Origin: Anthoceros angustus
Lineage: Eukaryota; Plantae; Anthocerotophyta
Length of the DNA stretch: 64,000 bases
Direction: 5' to 3'
NCBI GenBank assembly: GCA_010909165.1
Contig: MU008150.1
Span: 310,001 to 374,000 of the forward strand
A program made the translations under genes and the position numbers. Shown here in pieces: positions 48,801 through 61,902 of this stretch. The notes under the pieces were generated by a model, which did no database searches, was not told the DNA's origin, and saw nothing but the letters and a program-made list of their open reading frames with translations. Every line of letters begins with the position of its first letter. Position 1 is the stretch's first letter.

Positions 48801-50443
48801 GAATTCACACACCCTTCCCACTTATGGAATCAAGAAATGTTGTTGACCAAAGACGGGGTAGAAAATATGAAAGCAACCTCCAGCTGGTTGTCTGGCTTGA
48901 AGTGTTGGGCCTCCTCAACTCGCAGCCGGCAGGCAGTAGGGTCAGACGCTTTGATCTTTCCTCTGCGATTCTTCGCTGGCCTACCCTCCAAAACCTCTGC
49001 CTGTCTTATCCGACGAGGGAGGTCACCGCTCTTGCTTTGACGAAGCTTAACCTGCCGCTCCCCGTTGACAAGCTGTGACGGTCTGCGCTTGGAGTTCCCC
49101 CTCAGCTTGTCCTGTGGCAGACAGTACCAATCACGGTCATGAAAGCAGATGACGTGCAACAAGACAAGCCAGCTGACGCCACGCACGTCGAACAACGCCC
49201 AACCAGACAGGACTCGAAACATGTCCATTTGCGCAGCTACCACACTCCAGTTCAGTCAAACAATTGATGTGAAGTGCGGAGGAGTGTAACCACGGGAAGG
49301 GAAATTCAGTTCACCGTGTTCAGATCTACCAAAGAACAGACACAAGGGAACACACAAAAATGATAACGCAGGGCAGATTCGATTGGCACAGTGAAGAGGG
49401 AATCTGACCCCCATGAGTGAGTCTACAGCCATACGAAGAGTATGAACCGTTTGAAGAGCTTGGTCCATCTCCTGACATCCTTGCTTCCACCTGTTGACAG
49501 CAAGCTCTCTCTCCATCTGCAGTAGCTCACACTCCTCTCTCAAAGCCTCCGCCTGTCCCTTCCAATGCTGTACCGAGTCCTCCTGACCATGTGCAGACAC
49601 GTTGACAGGCACTTTCAAGGCAGGTGGCCTGCAGGCAGAGTTCTTCCGCTTCTTGCGGACACCTGAGGCCCCGGGAAATTCTTCTCGATTATAAGGCTCA
49701 CTGGGGGCTCCCTCTAGAGCAGTTTGAAGATCGTAGTCAAAGAGGTCTCCCCGCGAGTTAACCATGAACCGGTGGAAAACAACCCCATCCAAGGGATCCA
49801 TTGGACCGCTCCTACCGTTCCGTGATCGACACTGAACCAAACACTCTTCTACGGAATCCCTGCATAGCTGTGGTCCCGACACTCTAACCGACCGGCGGAA
49901 ACTCGCTGCAGAAGTACGATTATCTATGTCCAACGATACAGACTCCATGGACTCCTCAAAGGTTGCCATACAAGCACAAGACTCCAAAGCGGTCCGAAAG
50001 GAAGGAGCGTCCAGGTCCTCACTACGCTCCGACACACCCTCACCAGAATAATTCACCTTGTTCGCATGCCATAAAACCCTATCCCGCTTCAACAGCCAGT
50101 GGAGCTTCCCTTTCGGGCCGTCTGAGCTATCACTCAATTCGGCACTGCCGGACTCCAACTGTTGCGATGAGAAATCCAGTCCACTGCCTCCGGATTCGAC
50201 ACAACGCTCGGCCGCAGCGCAGCTCCGAGCATACTCATCCTCTCCGTCCAAAGATTCAACCTCCTCGGGCAAAACCGCGGCCTTACACTTCCTGCTACCA
50301 AGAATACGAGCTCTCGACACTTTGACAGATTGCTTCTCTCTCACGGATCGAGTTCCATCCAATCTACACTGGCTCATTTTCGGTTCAGAATAGTTGGCAG
50401 ACAGCTTGAAAACCGCTACAGCCAGGGAGAAGAGTTCATTCAT
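45879..50443 (-). CDS. Large multi-exon coiled-coil / intrinsically disordered protein of unknown function
   Basis: Long open exons (about 50443-49410, 49115-48880, about 48500-48372, 48283-48012, 47927-45879) with splice signals. Heptad regions QMERELAVNRWKQ and EQWCQVQEILHHVSEDMRNLSESCAEWEDRALRAE; 682-codon final exon. The start codon and some junctions are uncertain. Confidence 0.75.
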
Positions 50444-51959
50444 GAGTTCCAGGACTGCACACCACGATCCCTCAACAGACAAGCACGCAAACTGAAAGCC
50501 AAACTCAAAGCCGCCACGGACAAACAGCCAGGCACCCCCGGTTCTTCCCCTCCCGAAAACACGACAGTCTCCTCATCACGGATCCAGGCATCACCGCGAG
50601 GGAGGAGAACGCAAGGGCCCGAATTCAGCTGGACGCAAGAGCGAGATCGTGGATGAGCGCAAGCACTTGTGCATTATTGAAAGATACTGACCTCGGGCTC
50701 ATTTAGAAGCTGAAGAAGTAGGCGGTGTGACCGTGTGGCAGCTGTAGGCTGGAGCCTGCAGCGCCATTACGCCCTCGAGACGCAGGTGATCCGGTGTGGG
50801 CCACGGCGTCTCCTCCGCGCTGCGGCCTGCATTCAATGTGGGCTTTGCCAAATCGTGGCTGGCGACAGAGCCCCGACCCTCTCTCTACCCGATCTGCCGC
50901 TGCGGCCCTGCGGCTGGGGCTGGGGCTGGCGCTCTGGAGTCTGAATCTGGCTCCGCGCAGGGCAGGGCACGGCAGGCTCCGACCCGACCGAGCGGACACA
51001 CAACAGCAAACAGAAAACCCAGCAGGAGAGCCAGCGCCTACACCGACTGTACGCCGGGCAGCGCAATTCAAAAAGCGGCCTGCCCGATGGCGCTGCCCGC
51101 TGCCCGTGGCCCGTTGCCCGCTGGGATGCTTGATTTTCGGGATGTTCGACTTTGTTGCGGAAGCAGAAGTACACTGCCGTCTTCATGTACTAGCCTATCG
51201 ACGTGGGGTGGGGTCCCAGCACGACCCACATTTCACGCCAGGACCATCATGGCGCTTCCACCAGGGCTCGTCATGAGGCCTGCGGGTTTTGAACCAGGAA
51301 ATGATGCACCTGGATTTCAAAACGGGATCCACATTCCCACGCCCAGCCTGCCAGGCCCCTGCCCTGCCCGGTCCCCTGGGCCCTGACTGACTCCCCCTCT
51401 CTACCCGTAACCTGTAGCCCGTTTGGGGCCGGGCAGCTTTCCCGGTCCCGACCGAATGGGGCCTTGACTCGGCTCTAAACTCAAAAATGTCTTTAACGCG
51501 CGCCGAAATATGCAAAGCCAATCGGAAAGGAAGCTTTGCTATTTGTGGCCGTTTCCAATCATTCAACTAAGCGTCTAGGGCGCTGCGCGCGGCGCCCACG
51601 GCCCACTCATCGCCACGCTGTTACACGCCATGCCACTTTCACACGATTATGAGCATATCTTCATATCCTGTCCTTTCAATTCCATCGCCCATCGCTTTCA
51701 CAAGTTAACAGGCGTAGGTGGCCCGAAATTCGACGCTTCGTGGCTCCCAATGACACTTGGAAACTCTCTCGACCTTCCGTCCCAAGTTCGCCATCAGACA
51801 TCATCGGCAGGCAAGCGCACTTCGGCCTTCCATCGCAAAAGGAGTGGTTGTTGTCGATTTTCACCTGTTTCGAGCCATCAGACCTCGGCACGTTGAGCAG
51901 TTGGGTGAGATATGGGAGAAGCTTGATTGATTGAGAAGACTGAATCTGTCCTCCGAACG

Positions 51960-52023
51960 CAGAGTGAGCCCCGCGCCCACGAATACATAGGCAAATAATA
52001 TTATGTTTAGGTTACAAGTATAA

Positions 52024-52054
<31 letters not shown>

Positions 52055-52976
52055 CAAAATATATATTTCAATCATATATATATATATATATATAAGAATA
52101 TATACAACAAGTCGGCCTGCAAACCATATATATAGATAGACATGTAAATAATCTAGAATCCAACTATACATAATCAGGTAAAAACAAGAGTTTTAGTTGT
52201 GTATGTGGAGCTTAAAAACAAAACCAGATGTGGACACAAAGGTGCATTGAAGAGGGAAGATAGATTATAAAAGCATAGCTATGCAAAAGAAGCAAAATGG
52301 AAAGAGAATGACAGCCACAGGGAGAGAGATAGAGTTCCTAGTTACTATCATGAAGGAAAAGCAAGAGGGGAAGAATAAAATAGTAGTGTGAGAGGGGAGC
52401 TCGTTATCATAGTCATGTTGCAACACACAAAGAGGGAAAAATTATAAAATGGGTGTCATACTGGAGCATTAACTAGGAGTGTGAGGTGAAAGGAGAGACC
52501 ATAAGCAAGTTGTGAAGATGGTGAGAGAAGGTGGAGAAGAAAATCACAAACTTAACACCAAGCCAACAAACTTAATGCTAAGCTTTTAATGGTAAGGTGA
52601 AAGGTCGAGAGACCACTTGTATGTTGTTAAGATGGTGAGAGAAGGTGGAGAAGAAAATCACAAACTTAACACCAAGCCAACTAACTTAGTGCGTGTTGCA
52701 AATGGAAAGTGTTACATGAAATTGTAACAAAGGACTGTAACATAAGCAGGTTTTCATAGTACATGTTTGAAATCATAAACAATGCTTGTGAGAGAGAGGG
52801 TATACTTAGGAGGGTGAGGTGATAAGAGAGAGAGCCAGGTGTGTGTTAAGATGGTGATAGCATGAGAAGGGAATAGTGTCAAACTTAATACCAAGCCTAC
52901 ATAGCATGTTGCAATTTGGAAGTGTAACATAAAATTGCAACAACGACTGTAACATAGGCCACTTTTTCTAGTAGGG
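51960..52976 (-). mobile_element. Second copy of the CCCTACTAG-ended CMC-like element, with internal (TA)n (about 52020-52095) and a ~120 bp duplication
   Basis: Shares both boundary sequences with 21860-22318. Confidence 0.55.
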
Positions 52977-53035
52977 ATGAATACCGTCATCAGGATACTG
53001 CTACCTCCTTAGCCAAGCTTGGTGGCAAGGACACC

Positions 53036-53441
53036 ATGCCAACTCCCGCTCCGTCCTCAGCAACAAAAGATTCTTGTCCAGATAATGGGCAAATGACACC
53101 AGATACCCCTCTATCCCAGATCGAAAAGCTTGCGGGTGTCACTGGCGTACCGGGGAAAAGAAAGACTAGAAAATTATCCTTGGTGGCAAGTCGATTTTCA
53201 AGGTATGCAAGCTTTTGCCCAAAGTTATGTGATTGAGGAGGCTAAGTTGCTTCACGCACGAGAGTTGGAGAGACAGAGACTGGAATTCATGCAGAGTGTG
53301 GAACATGCCAGAGTACTTCATGATTCACAACGTCAGCAAATGCAAGCCAAAATCCAGTTGAAGATAGCAGAATTGTTTGCCAGTTCCCAAGTTGGAACAA
53401 AACGGAACAGGCCTACTTCTCATTCTGATGATGACAGGTGA
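53036..53441 (+). pseudogene. 3' fragment of a probable PIF/Harbinger accessory (Myb/SANT-type) gene
   Basis: Short coiled-coil tail (ELERQRLEFMQ) convergent with the transposase. The position is typical of the family, but the Myb domain itself was not seen. Confidence 0.45.
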
Positions 53442-53709
53442 TGTAGCCTGGGAGGAATAGCAGACGTTTCAATTCGGGTAGCATAGGCCCCTTCCAATGT
53501 AGGTACTAAGACTCTCAGGTGGATACTGTATCTAAGACTGATAGTCCTTTCTCGAGTTCAAGAAGCTTGTGTTTTGTGACACCTTCTAATTTAAAGGTGA
53601 TAATTATTATTTTTAGTTCGTAAAGCCTCATTGTTCTTCCATATATTGTTATGATTGGGCATGATGGCCTCCCATACTTTCTAACATACAATAACAATCA
53701 CAATTTGCC

Positions 53710-54900
53710 TCAACAATTTGTATTCACCCAAAACTCCAACAATGCTTGTCTTTGTTCGTTGCCCACTCGTTGAAGCTGCTCCTCCATGGCATTCTCCAAA
53801 TAAAATGGCTGATGGTGCATGGGATAAGGGTCCGGATTTTCCAGCACATTTGCCACATCAGGCTCCTTGTGCATGATGCAAAAATTATGTAACACTGTGC
53901 AAGCTACTACATTTTGCCCCAAATAAGGAAGAGCCACATTTATGTCCTTCAGAATACACCACCTGTTCTTCAAACTCCCAAATGCATTTTCAATTTCACC
54001 CTTCCTTTGCGCAGACTCCTATTGAACCTTCGTTTGTGTGGTGCGAATGGTGTATCATATGCCTTCATGAGGAAAGGCATGATTGGATAAGCACTATCAC
54101 CAACATTAAGGCCGAACATTAATGTTGCCAACCAATATCGTTGGCTCCGTCAAGATGTCATGTCGATGTAATCTTGCCCACACACTACTCTTCCACAACA
54201 CAACAGAGTCATGGACACCTCCCAGAGCAATGCAACTTACATCCAAAAAGATTTGATTATAGTCACAGACTCCTTGAAGAATGACGCAATGCATATCATG
54301 ACATGACCAATACACAGCTGGAGTATACTTGTTAGCAGGGTCAGCAGCCAATTTGATGTGCGAACCATCAATTGCACCCACCATATTTGGAACTCCAATG
54401 CACTTATCGCACATGCTAGTTGTCGTTGGCCACTTGGCATGTTGATGAACTTTGAAGCCAACTTCCTTGGATTACTAAGGATGCTAGTAATCAACTTGGT
54501 ATACTCTGTCACAGTGGATGGTCCAACTCCATAGGTGTTAGCGACAACTTTAGGAGATGCTCCATAAGCTAACTTATGCAAGTCCATGGCAACTCCAAGC
54601 TCAAGTTGCAAAGGTGGCCTGATAGACTTCTTTTGGATGTAAGGACATAATTCTTCCACCAAAAGCTTGAAATTTGAGTAGGCCATCCTGTACTCCTTCC
54701 TCCATTGTGCATCCAATTTCTTGCCCCATCGTGCCAAGCAAGCATGTGTAAAGAACTCCAAGTTGTATTTTGGCGGAAACTTCCACCAAAATCTCGTTGA
54801 AGACTGCTGCTCAATATCCCAATGAAAGAAGTACGCTCCAACCAATGAAAGTATTAAAGGAATAACAAAACATCCATCATTACTCATCCCACCATCATCC
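53710..54900 (-). mobile_element. PIF/Harbinger DDE transposase pseudogene
   Basis: WRKEYRMAYSNFKLLVEEL, HTH LAYGAS..YGVGPSTV, VGAIDGSHIKL, ILQGVCD, GGVHDSVV, IENAFGSLKNRWCIL, ACTVLHNFC; frameshifted. TIRs not identified. Confidence 0.93.
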
Positions 54901-55476
54901 AACTGTGAGGTAAAAACCATAGGTAGATTTGTGCATTCTACGTAAGATTTCATGAAAAAACCAAATAAAATATTAAATAACATGGGATCCATGACCCCAA
55001 GCAAACAAAGGACAAGACACACAAGGCCAGGTGACAAGGCCAAGGGAGCGGAATCAAAAACACAACAAGCCACACAACAGACAATGAAGTTGAAAATGAG
55101 AAGACGAGCCTCTTGTATCCTCACGATGCCATTTTTGTAATATAATATTAGTACCATAACATCACGGGTCATGGGACCACAGCTCGGCCCTGCGTGACCA
55201 CGGCCCGCGCCTGCCGCGCAGTATCGACCTGTCGTTTGGTTAAAGAAACCGAAAAGATAGGGTTCGCCCGATCTTCTGCTATACACAACATGCCCGGTTC
55301 CGTGTGCGAGCCATCGATCTACTTGGCGACCTCCTCGTATGTGGTCTTCTCGCTAGACTCTCTAAAAAATAAATACATACGTACATACTCGTTTTTTCTG
55401 CAATTTGTTCTGGCACTGAAATAACTGACGATGACCGTTGATTGGTATGGAATACCGATCTGGTCACACGGGAGTG

Positions 55477-55725
55477 TGTGTGTGACCTTTTTTTTTGGTG
55501 TACGCTACGAGAATATGCCACGGCATCTTTAAGATACTTACATATAATACACGTATAATACGTGCCACATCAGCTACTCAAGGTCCGTACGTGGGGAAAA
55601 AACATTCTATCACACGTTCATCTGCGTAGTGTTCCGATTGTGTCATGCAGATCTTTTCTTGTTAAGGGTTTTAGGGTTTCCATCGGGTCAGCACACATAC
55701 ATGTGAAACAAGCGGGCAACACGTA
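55477..55725 (+). repeat. Left arm of a ~250 bp inverted repeat pairing with 61145-61392
   Basis: tgtgtgtgacc(t)n..gtac.ctacg..aatatgccacggcatctt..tataatacgtgcca..ttctat.acacg..tccgattgtgtcatgca..agggtttta..cacacatacatgt.aaacaag matches the reverse complement of 61145-61392. Confidence 0.88.
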
Positions 55726-56149
55726 CATACAGGAATTTTTGTTCGCAAGTATGGCCCGCATTGGCCGAGAAACTGAATGCAAATCTTCCGCTCAGACATT
55801 TTGCTTTCACTGTATGTGCAGGAAGGACAGGATGTGGGAGCAGTCCCTACGTTTCGGTGTGGTTGAGTACTAACATGCTTCTGTTATGCTTGCAGTTGGA
55901 TGTATGGCGACTTGAGACTGTAAGATGATAGTCATTTGAATCGCGGGTACTTGTCAATTTGGCGGACATCCAACACCTTGTTCCTCATCTTGCATCATGC
56001 CATAGAGCAGTAGAAACACGATCTTGAAGCAACAAAACAGATCGAAAAGCCAACACTTGTGCTCAGTCACTCATGCTTCCACAATTGCAGCCACAAAAAC
56101 CACATGCTCTAGTTTGCACCTCATGGTGGGAGGTCTCAAAACACCTACC

Positions 56150-56790
56150 TACAAAAAATCCTACAACCTGCTCCGCTCAATCTGGAAAGAGTCGTAGAGC
56201 AGGACCTCCATCCTCTTGTGCCCAAGTGCGTGGCCCCTTCGGCCTGAGCTGAGGCCTCAGTGCCCGAGGGGAGGAGCCCGCACCGGAAAGAGGTAACGCC
56301 GGTCAGGCATACCAAGCCTGGCGGTGGAGACGGGCCAGCAGGCTGGAGAACACGCTCAGCTGCCGGAGCACCTCCGGAGGAGGAAGTACTCGTGCCCGGC
56401 CCATGTGGAGGAGGCAATTCAACAAGTCGATTAGACTTTGCCTACTACCACGCAGAGCTTCTCAAGGCTCTAGAGGTCTTGAGCCACCCCAGGGAGGGCG
56501 GGCTTCAAGAGCTCGGAAGGAGGAGCGAGGAGGAAGGCCGGAGCACGTACCCACGGGACTCAGGAGCTGCTTGACAGCGGCAAGCAGCGAGGGGAGCAGG
56601 AAGAGCGGGAGTAAGGAAGATCGCTGCGAGGTAAGCACTCCGCACCTCACGGGAGAAGGAGGAGGGCCTGGAAGGGCCGAGGAAGAGGCGACCCGGCAAC
56701 TGGAAGAGCGGGGGCCTGGGCGAACCCTTGAGAAGTCCAGAGGGGAAACCCGCAGAGGTGGGCAGGTGGCAGGAGGGGAGGGGGTCTCTG
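56150..56790 (+). mobile_element. Fragment of the accessory-ORF repeat family seen at 19850-20270
   Basis: Shared cgtgcccggcccatgtggaggaggca..caacaagtcgatt..tttgcctactaccacgc and gaggtaagcactccgcacctcac. Confidence 0.75.
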
Positions 56791-57060
56791 CAGCTCCTTG
56801 AGACATGGATCACACAGCATCGTTGCGTTCATGATATCCATGAACGGCCAGCCGAACTTCCACACGCATGTTAGGGGCACTTGGGGCATCCTCTCCATCA
56901 TGCCCTCCACCTCGGCGGTAAACCTAAGGTCGCGACTTTGTCCACGACCTCCAAAGAATGTGGCCATGGCGCCACTCATGGTATGTAAAGCAATCAACGA
57001 TGAGCGAGTGGGCGACATAATGCCCCAAACTCACAGGCGCAGTCATAAGGCCGCCTTAGG

Positions 57061-60000
57061 ATGTGTCACCCCATTCTAATGCGCACCGCCTCGCTGGGCA
57101 GCACCGAGTTCGCACCTCCGCCTCGCCCATCCATCTTCCCCTACCGGCCCGCCGGGCTTGGGTTTGCCGCCACCGCGGTTCGCTGCACCTCTTCTTCTTC
57201 CGTCCACAGGACCCACGCCTCCCGCTCCACACAATGAGCTCGACCAACTCGCCTCGAGAGTGGCGCCTCCTCGCCGCAGCTTGCGCCTCCCCAACGACGC
57301 TCAATCTTTTTGGCGCTGGCCGAGTCAAAGATCATCGTGTCGATGTGGACATCGATGTACATTTGGTATGGCCCGCTCTTGTCCACGCCTTCAACACCTA
57401 CAACCCCAACCCATCATGCGCCTATTAGCATTGTTGTCAATCCCATCCGCAACCAAAGAGCAACCACATTGTGCCATTACTACCTGGAATTCGTCAGATT
57501 TCGCCTTGCCCCTCCACACCTCCTCGCCATTCACCCCCACAATCACGCTTCTTCCGGCCAGTGGCATCCACTCCGGAGTGCTCAAGCATAACCTCCTCTG
57601 TTCAAGGTCACCGCGCTGTGTGTCGGCCTCGCCACCACTGCCCTAGTCACCTCCTCCCACCACGATCAAGTGAGGCAGGGAGGAGGAGCCGCGCCTCCCG
57701 GCCAGCCTCCCTGCAGCCCACCGGCCGGGCAAAGTGCAGCCACACTGGCACCCCTGGGCTGCCCACGCAGCGGAGGAGGGTTGGACGCCGCCACATGCAC
57801 CCTCCCGGTGGTGGGCCGCAAGTCGACGCAGCCGCAGACCATCTTGACCATCCGGATGCACCATAGCCCCACAGAATCGAGGTGCACTGGCCGCACCTTG
57901 CCCCTGGTTTGTGTGCATGCGGCCGCATAGGGCCTCCAGTGTCTGCTCATGGCAGTGGCGGGCGCACTAGCCGCCACCGAGCCTCCCCATCTCCTCCTCC
58001 GGCCGGGCAATGACGCTAGCATTAGCACCACGCCAGCCGCTGTGGCGGTCAGTCTGTGGTGGTCTTGGTCCCGGCAGGCCGGATTGGCGCCATGGCGCTT
58101 TGAGCCTGGGGAGCCAGCAGCGCCTCCTCCTCCTCCTCCAACGCATCAATGGCAGAGGCCGGGAGTTCGCACCTCCGCCTCCCATCCATCTTCCCCCTCT
58201 AGGCGTCCCGGGCTTGGGTTGCCGCCACCGCGGTTCGGCTGCACCCTCTTCTTCTTAATCCCACAGGACCCACGCCTCCCGGGCCCACAATGAGCTCGAC
58301 CAACTCGCCTGAGAGTGCCTCCTCCTCGCCGCAGCTTGCGCCTCCCCAACGACGCTCAATCTGGCCTGGAGCGTCAAAGATCAGTACATCGATGTGGACA
58401 CATCAGTGTACATTTGGTATGGCCTGCTCTTGTCCACGCCTTCAACACCTACAACCCCCAACCCATCATGCAGCTATTAGCATTGTTGTCAATCCCATCC
58501 GCAACCAAAGAGCAACCACATTGTGCCATTACCATCGGAGTCGTCCGAGATTTCGCCCCCTTGCCCCTCCACACCTCCCTCGCCATTCAATTCCCCACAG
58601 CCGCTGCCCGTGTGGCATCCACTCCCGGAGTGCCTCGCCACAACCTCCTTGTGGCCGGGCGCCGGTGTCGGCCTCGCCACCTCGGCCCTAGTCACCTCCT
58701 CCACCCACAAGGCGGAGGCACGGGCAGAGGAGGAGCTGCCTCCTCCCGTGGCTAGCCTCCCGCAGCCAGGCCGGCAAAGTGTAATACACTGCACCCTTGG
58801 CTGCCGTCAGCGGAGGAGGGTTGGACGCCGCCACATGCACCCTCCCGGTGGTGTGTCCGGCCGCACCGCAGCCCCGCACTCTGACCATCCGGATGCACCG
58901 TAGCAACAGAATCGAGGTGCACTGGCCGCACCTGCCCCTGGTTTGTGCACGCGCGGCTGCACACCTCTGGTGAACCGCGGCCGCAGTGGCTAGTGGCGCC
59001 GGGCGCCTCCGAGCCCCCATCTCCTCCGGCCGGCAATGACGCACTTCGCACCACGCCAGCGTGGCGGGCGTTGTCCGTGGTGTTGCCTCCTCCGGCAGAC
59101 CGGATTGGCGCCATGGCGCTTGAGCCTGGGGAGCGCCGCAGCAGCGCCTCCTCCTCCTCCTCCTCCAACGCATCAATGGCAGAGGCCGGGGAGGTCGCCA
59201 CCACGCCCACCACCCACGCTGGTAGCATCCTCCATGGCGCAATCCTCCACCGCCATGGTCGCGGGCGCCACAACTCGACCTCCATCTCCTCTCTTCGCCA
59301 TCGCCGCCCATGCCTCCTCCGTTCGGAGTTGAAAATGGAGGGACACTCCACAATGTGCACTTCCTTGTACCAAGGCCAAATGCTTCAAACTTGCGTCCCA
59401 AAATGTGGTGGATGCCAAGTGGTGCTTGTGCTCCGGTCGTGAGCTGCACTTTGTAAGCCCGGTCGGCGGTTGCATGGCACCCCTCGCACACCGCAGTGAA
59501 GATGAGGTTGCCATTGCCACTCCCTGCCTGCCGCTTTCAGCGATCGCAATTGTTGACCGCCGGTCATAAGTAGCTGCCACTCTCACTGCCCGTTTGCCGC
59601 AATTGCATCGTTTGCTGCCTTCTCAGGCATGAGCATTCATTATACCAGTTTATATCCAGGCCTTGGTTTAGCATACCGACACATGGGAAACCTGACTGCT
59701 GCATTGAAGGTACTCTGACTACCCCAGTCAAATCATGTTCTTCACCTTGTGTCCATGGTCTTGATAGGGTTCGTGTTTCATAGGCTTATAGTGGAGGCCG
59801 GGTCCGCGGATGCACCAGAGCCCAACAGAATCGAGGTGCACTGGCCGCACCCTGGTTTGTGCAACATGCGGCTTGCACACCGGCCTCCGTAGCAAATCAG
59901 TGGCGGGCGCACTAGGCCGCCACCGAGCCCCCATCTCCTCCGGCCGGCAATGACGCTAGCACCATCGCCCACGCCGCTGCGGGCGGTCAGTCTGTGGTGG

Positions 60001-60720
60001 TGCGCCGCCTCCCGGCAAAGACCGGATTGGCGCCATGGCGCTTGGAGCCTGGGGGGGAGCGCTCGCAGCAGGCGCCTCCTCCTCCTCCTCCTCCTCCAAC
60101 GCATCAATGGCAGAGGCCGGGGGGAGGTCGTCCACGCCCTCCAGCTCACCCACGCTTGGTGTAGCATCCTCCATGGCGCAATCCTCCACCGCCATGGTCG
60201 CGGGCGCCCACAACTCGACCTCCATCTCCTCTCCTTCGCCATCGCCGCCCATGCCTCCTCTGGTTGCTGGAGTTGAAAATGGAGGGACACTCCACAACAG
60301 GCACTTCCTTGTACCAAGGCCAAATGCTTTCGAAACTTGCGTCCCAAAAATGTGGTGGATGCCAAGTGGTGTGCTTGCTTGTGCTCCCAAAGAACATCGC
60401 CATTGCCACAACCCTAGCAATGGCTGTATGGCGTACCGCACCGCCGCCGCGGTGAAGATGAGGTTGCCATTGCCACCGCTCGCCGCCAGATCGCAATTGT
60501 TGACCGCCGGCCATAAGTAGCCACTCTCACCGCCCGCTTGCCGAATTGCATCGCTTTGTCGCCTCGCATGAGCATTCATTATACCGCTATATCCGTGCCT
60601 TGGTTTAGCATACCACATGGGAAACCCCGACCGTGATTGAAGGTACATCACCCTACCAAATCATGTTCTTCACCTTGTGTCCATGGTCTTGATAGGGTTC
60701 GTGTTTCATAGGCTTATAGT
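57061..60720. repeat. Overlapping tandem duplications (a-b-a'-b'-c-b''-c') of a GC-rich decayed coding-like sequence
   Basis: Block a at 57061-57700 and 58170-58760; block b at 57700-58160, 58760-59180 and 59800-60120; block c at 59180-59800 and 60120-60720. Copies differ mostly by small indels. Confidence 0.88.
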
Positions 60721-61144
60721 GGAGTGCTGGCTGTGGACAGCTGGTCACCTCTTTCCGCTTTACTGGAGAGTGGGGCCATTGTATTGGCCCTGTCAATGTT
60801 GTCGATGGTATCCTAATGCACAAAGTTGCGGGAGTCTTATATTGGGTTCGCACCAATTGCAGAGCTCCACAAGGGGCTATGCCTAGTCACGGGTTTTGGC
60901 TCCATTTGTGGCATTTTTTGTAACTTCACTATGCCTCTTGCACATACGTTATGCAACCAATGACATATAGCACCAAGCGTATGCATGATGCAATGGCACA
61001 AAACCACCCTTGGGAAGATCCAAGTTGAACCCTAAACACTACGCAGAAGTGGGTGAGAGGAAAAAAGTATGTATAATTGTCGTAATTTTGGCAATATGTG
61101 TCTTGGCTGCAACATTTCCTAGGCCTGCTGGCTATGGGGGTGCA

Positions 61145-61392
61145 GTATGTTCTTGGCTACTTGTTTAACATGTATGTGTGGTGATTGAAATCTTAAAACC
61201 CTAAACACGAAAACATGTGCATGACACAATCGGAGCACCAAGCGTCTGATCGTGTCATAGAAGGTTTTTGCCCTCGTACGAACCTACAGAATTTGATATG
61301 GCACGTATTATAAGTGTATTGTATGCAAGTATGTGGAAGATGCCGTGGCATATTTCCGTAGTGTACACCCCAAAAAAAAAAGTCACACACAG
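61145..61392 (-). repeat. Right arm of the inverted repeat with 55477-55725
   Basis: See the left arm. An additional ~37 bp inverted pair lies at 61249-61285 / 61580-61615. Confidence 0.85.
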
Positions 61393-61902
61393 TAGTCTGT
61401 GGAATCTGCGAAAAGTCATTTGTGCGGTCAAAGGCCCATGTACAAGTGAGATGGGTGCGTGGGACAATAGGTTTGGAAAGACATAGGAGGCAACCACCGA
61501 GTATAGTTCTGGAATACCAATGTCCTGAAGGGCCATCTAGTGTGACAGCATACACCATGGACCATATTAGCCCCAGTCGGGTCGTGCACGGGGCAAAAAC
61601 TTTCTATCACACGATGAGAGCGGGGTGTTTGGCATAGCGGGACCGATAATAACAAAATTTACAAGTACTGTTTGTGGACCTTGAAGCGGGGAGCATGGTG
61701 AGCAAGTTGAAATTGGTACAACCGGCTGATGATGGGCTTCACTGCTGTACACAATGTATGACTTTTTCTATGCCATGTATCGTTTGCATTTCTTGTATTG
61801 ACAAACAAGGAGGAGTGGGCTCGAGCGGGAAGCCAGCACAATTGAGGACTCACTATACTTCATCTGGTTGCGAATAATGGTCTAAAAGGAGAAACCTTGC
61901 AC

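Noticed and set aside
50700-51570. Multiple overlapping GC-rich ORFs
   Set aside because: Consistent with the GC-rich promoter/5' UTR of the coiled-coil gene; no domain evidence.
57400-57480. CGCSLVADGID resembling hAT DUF659 GCS..DGW
   Set aside because: The Trp and the following INFLV/TDNA/CAAH motifs are absent; not enough to call a hAT transposase.
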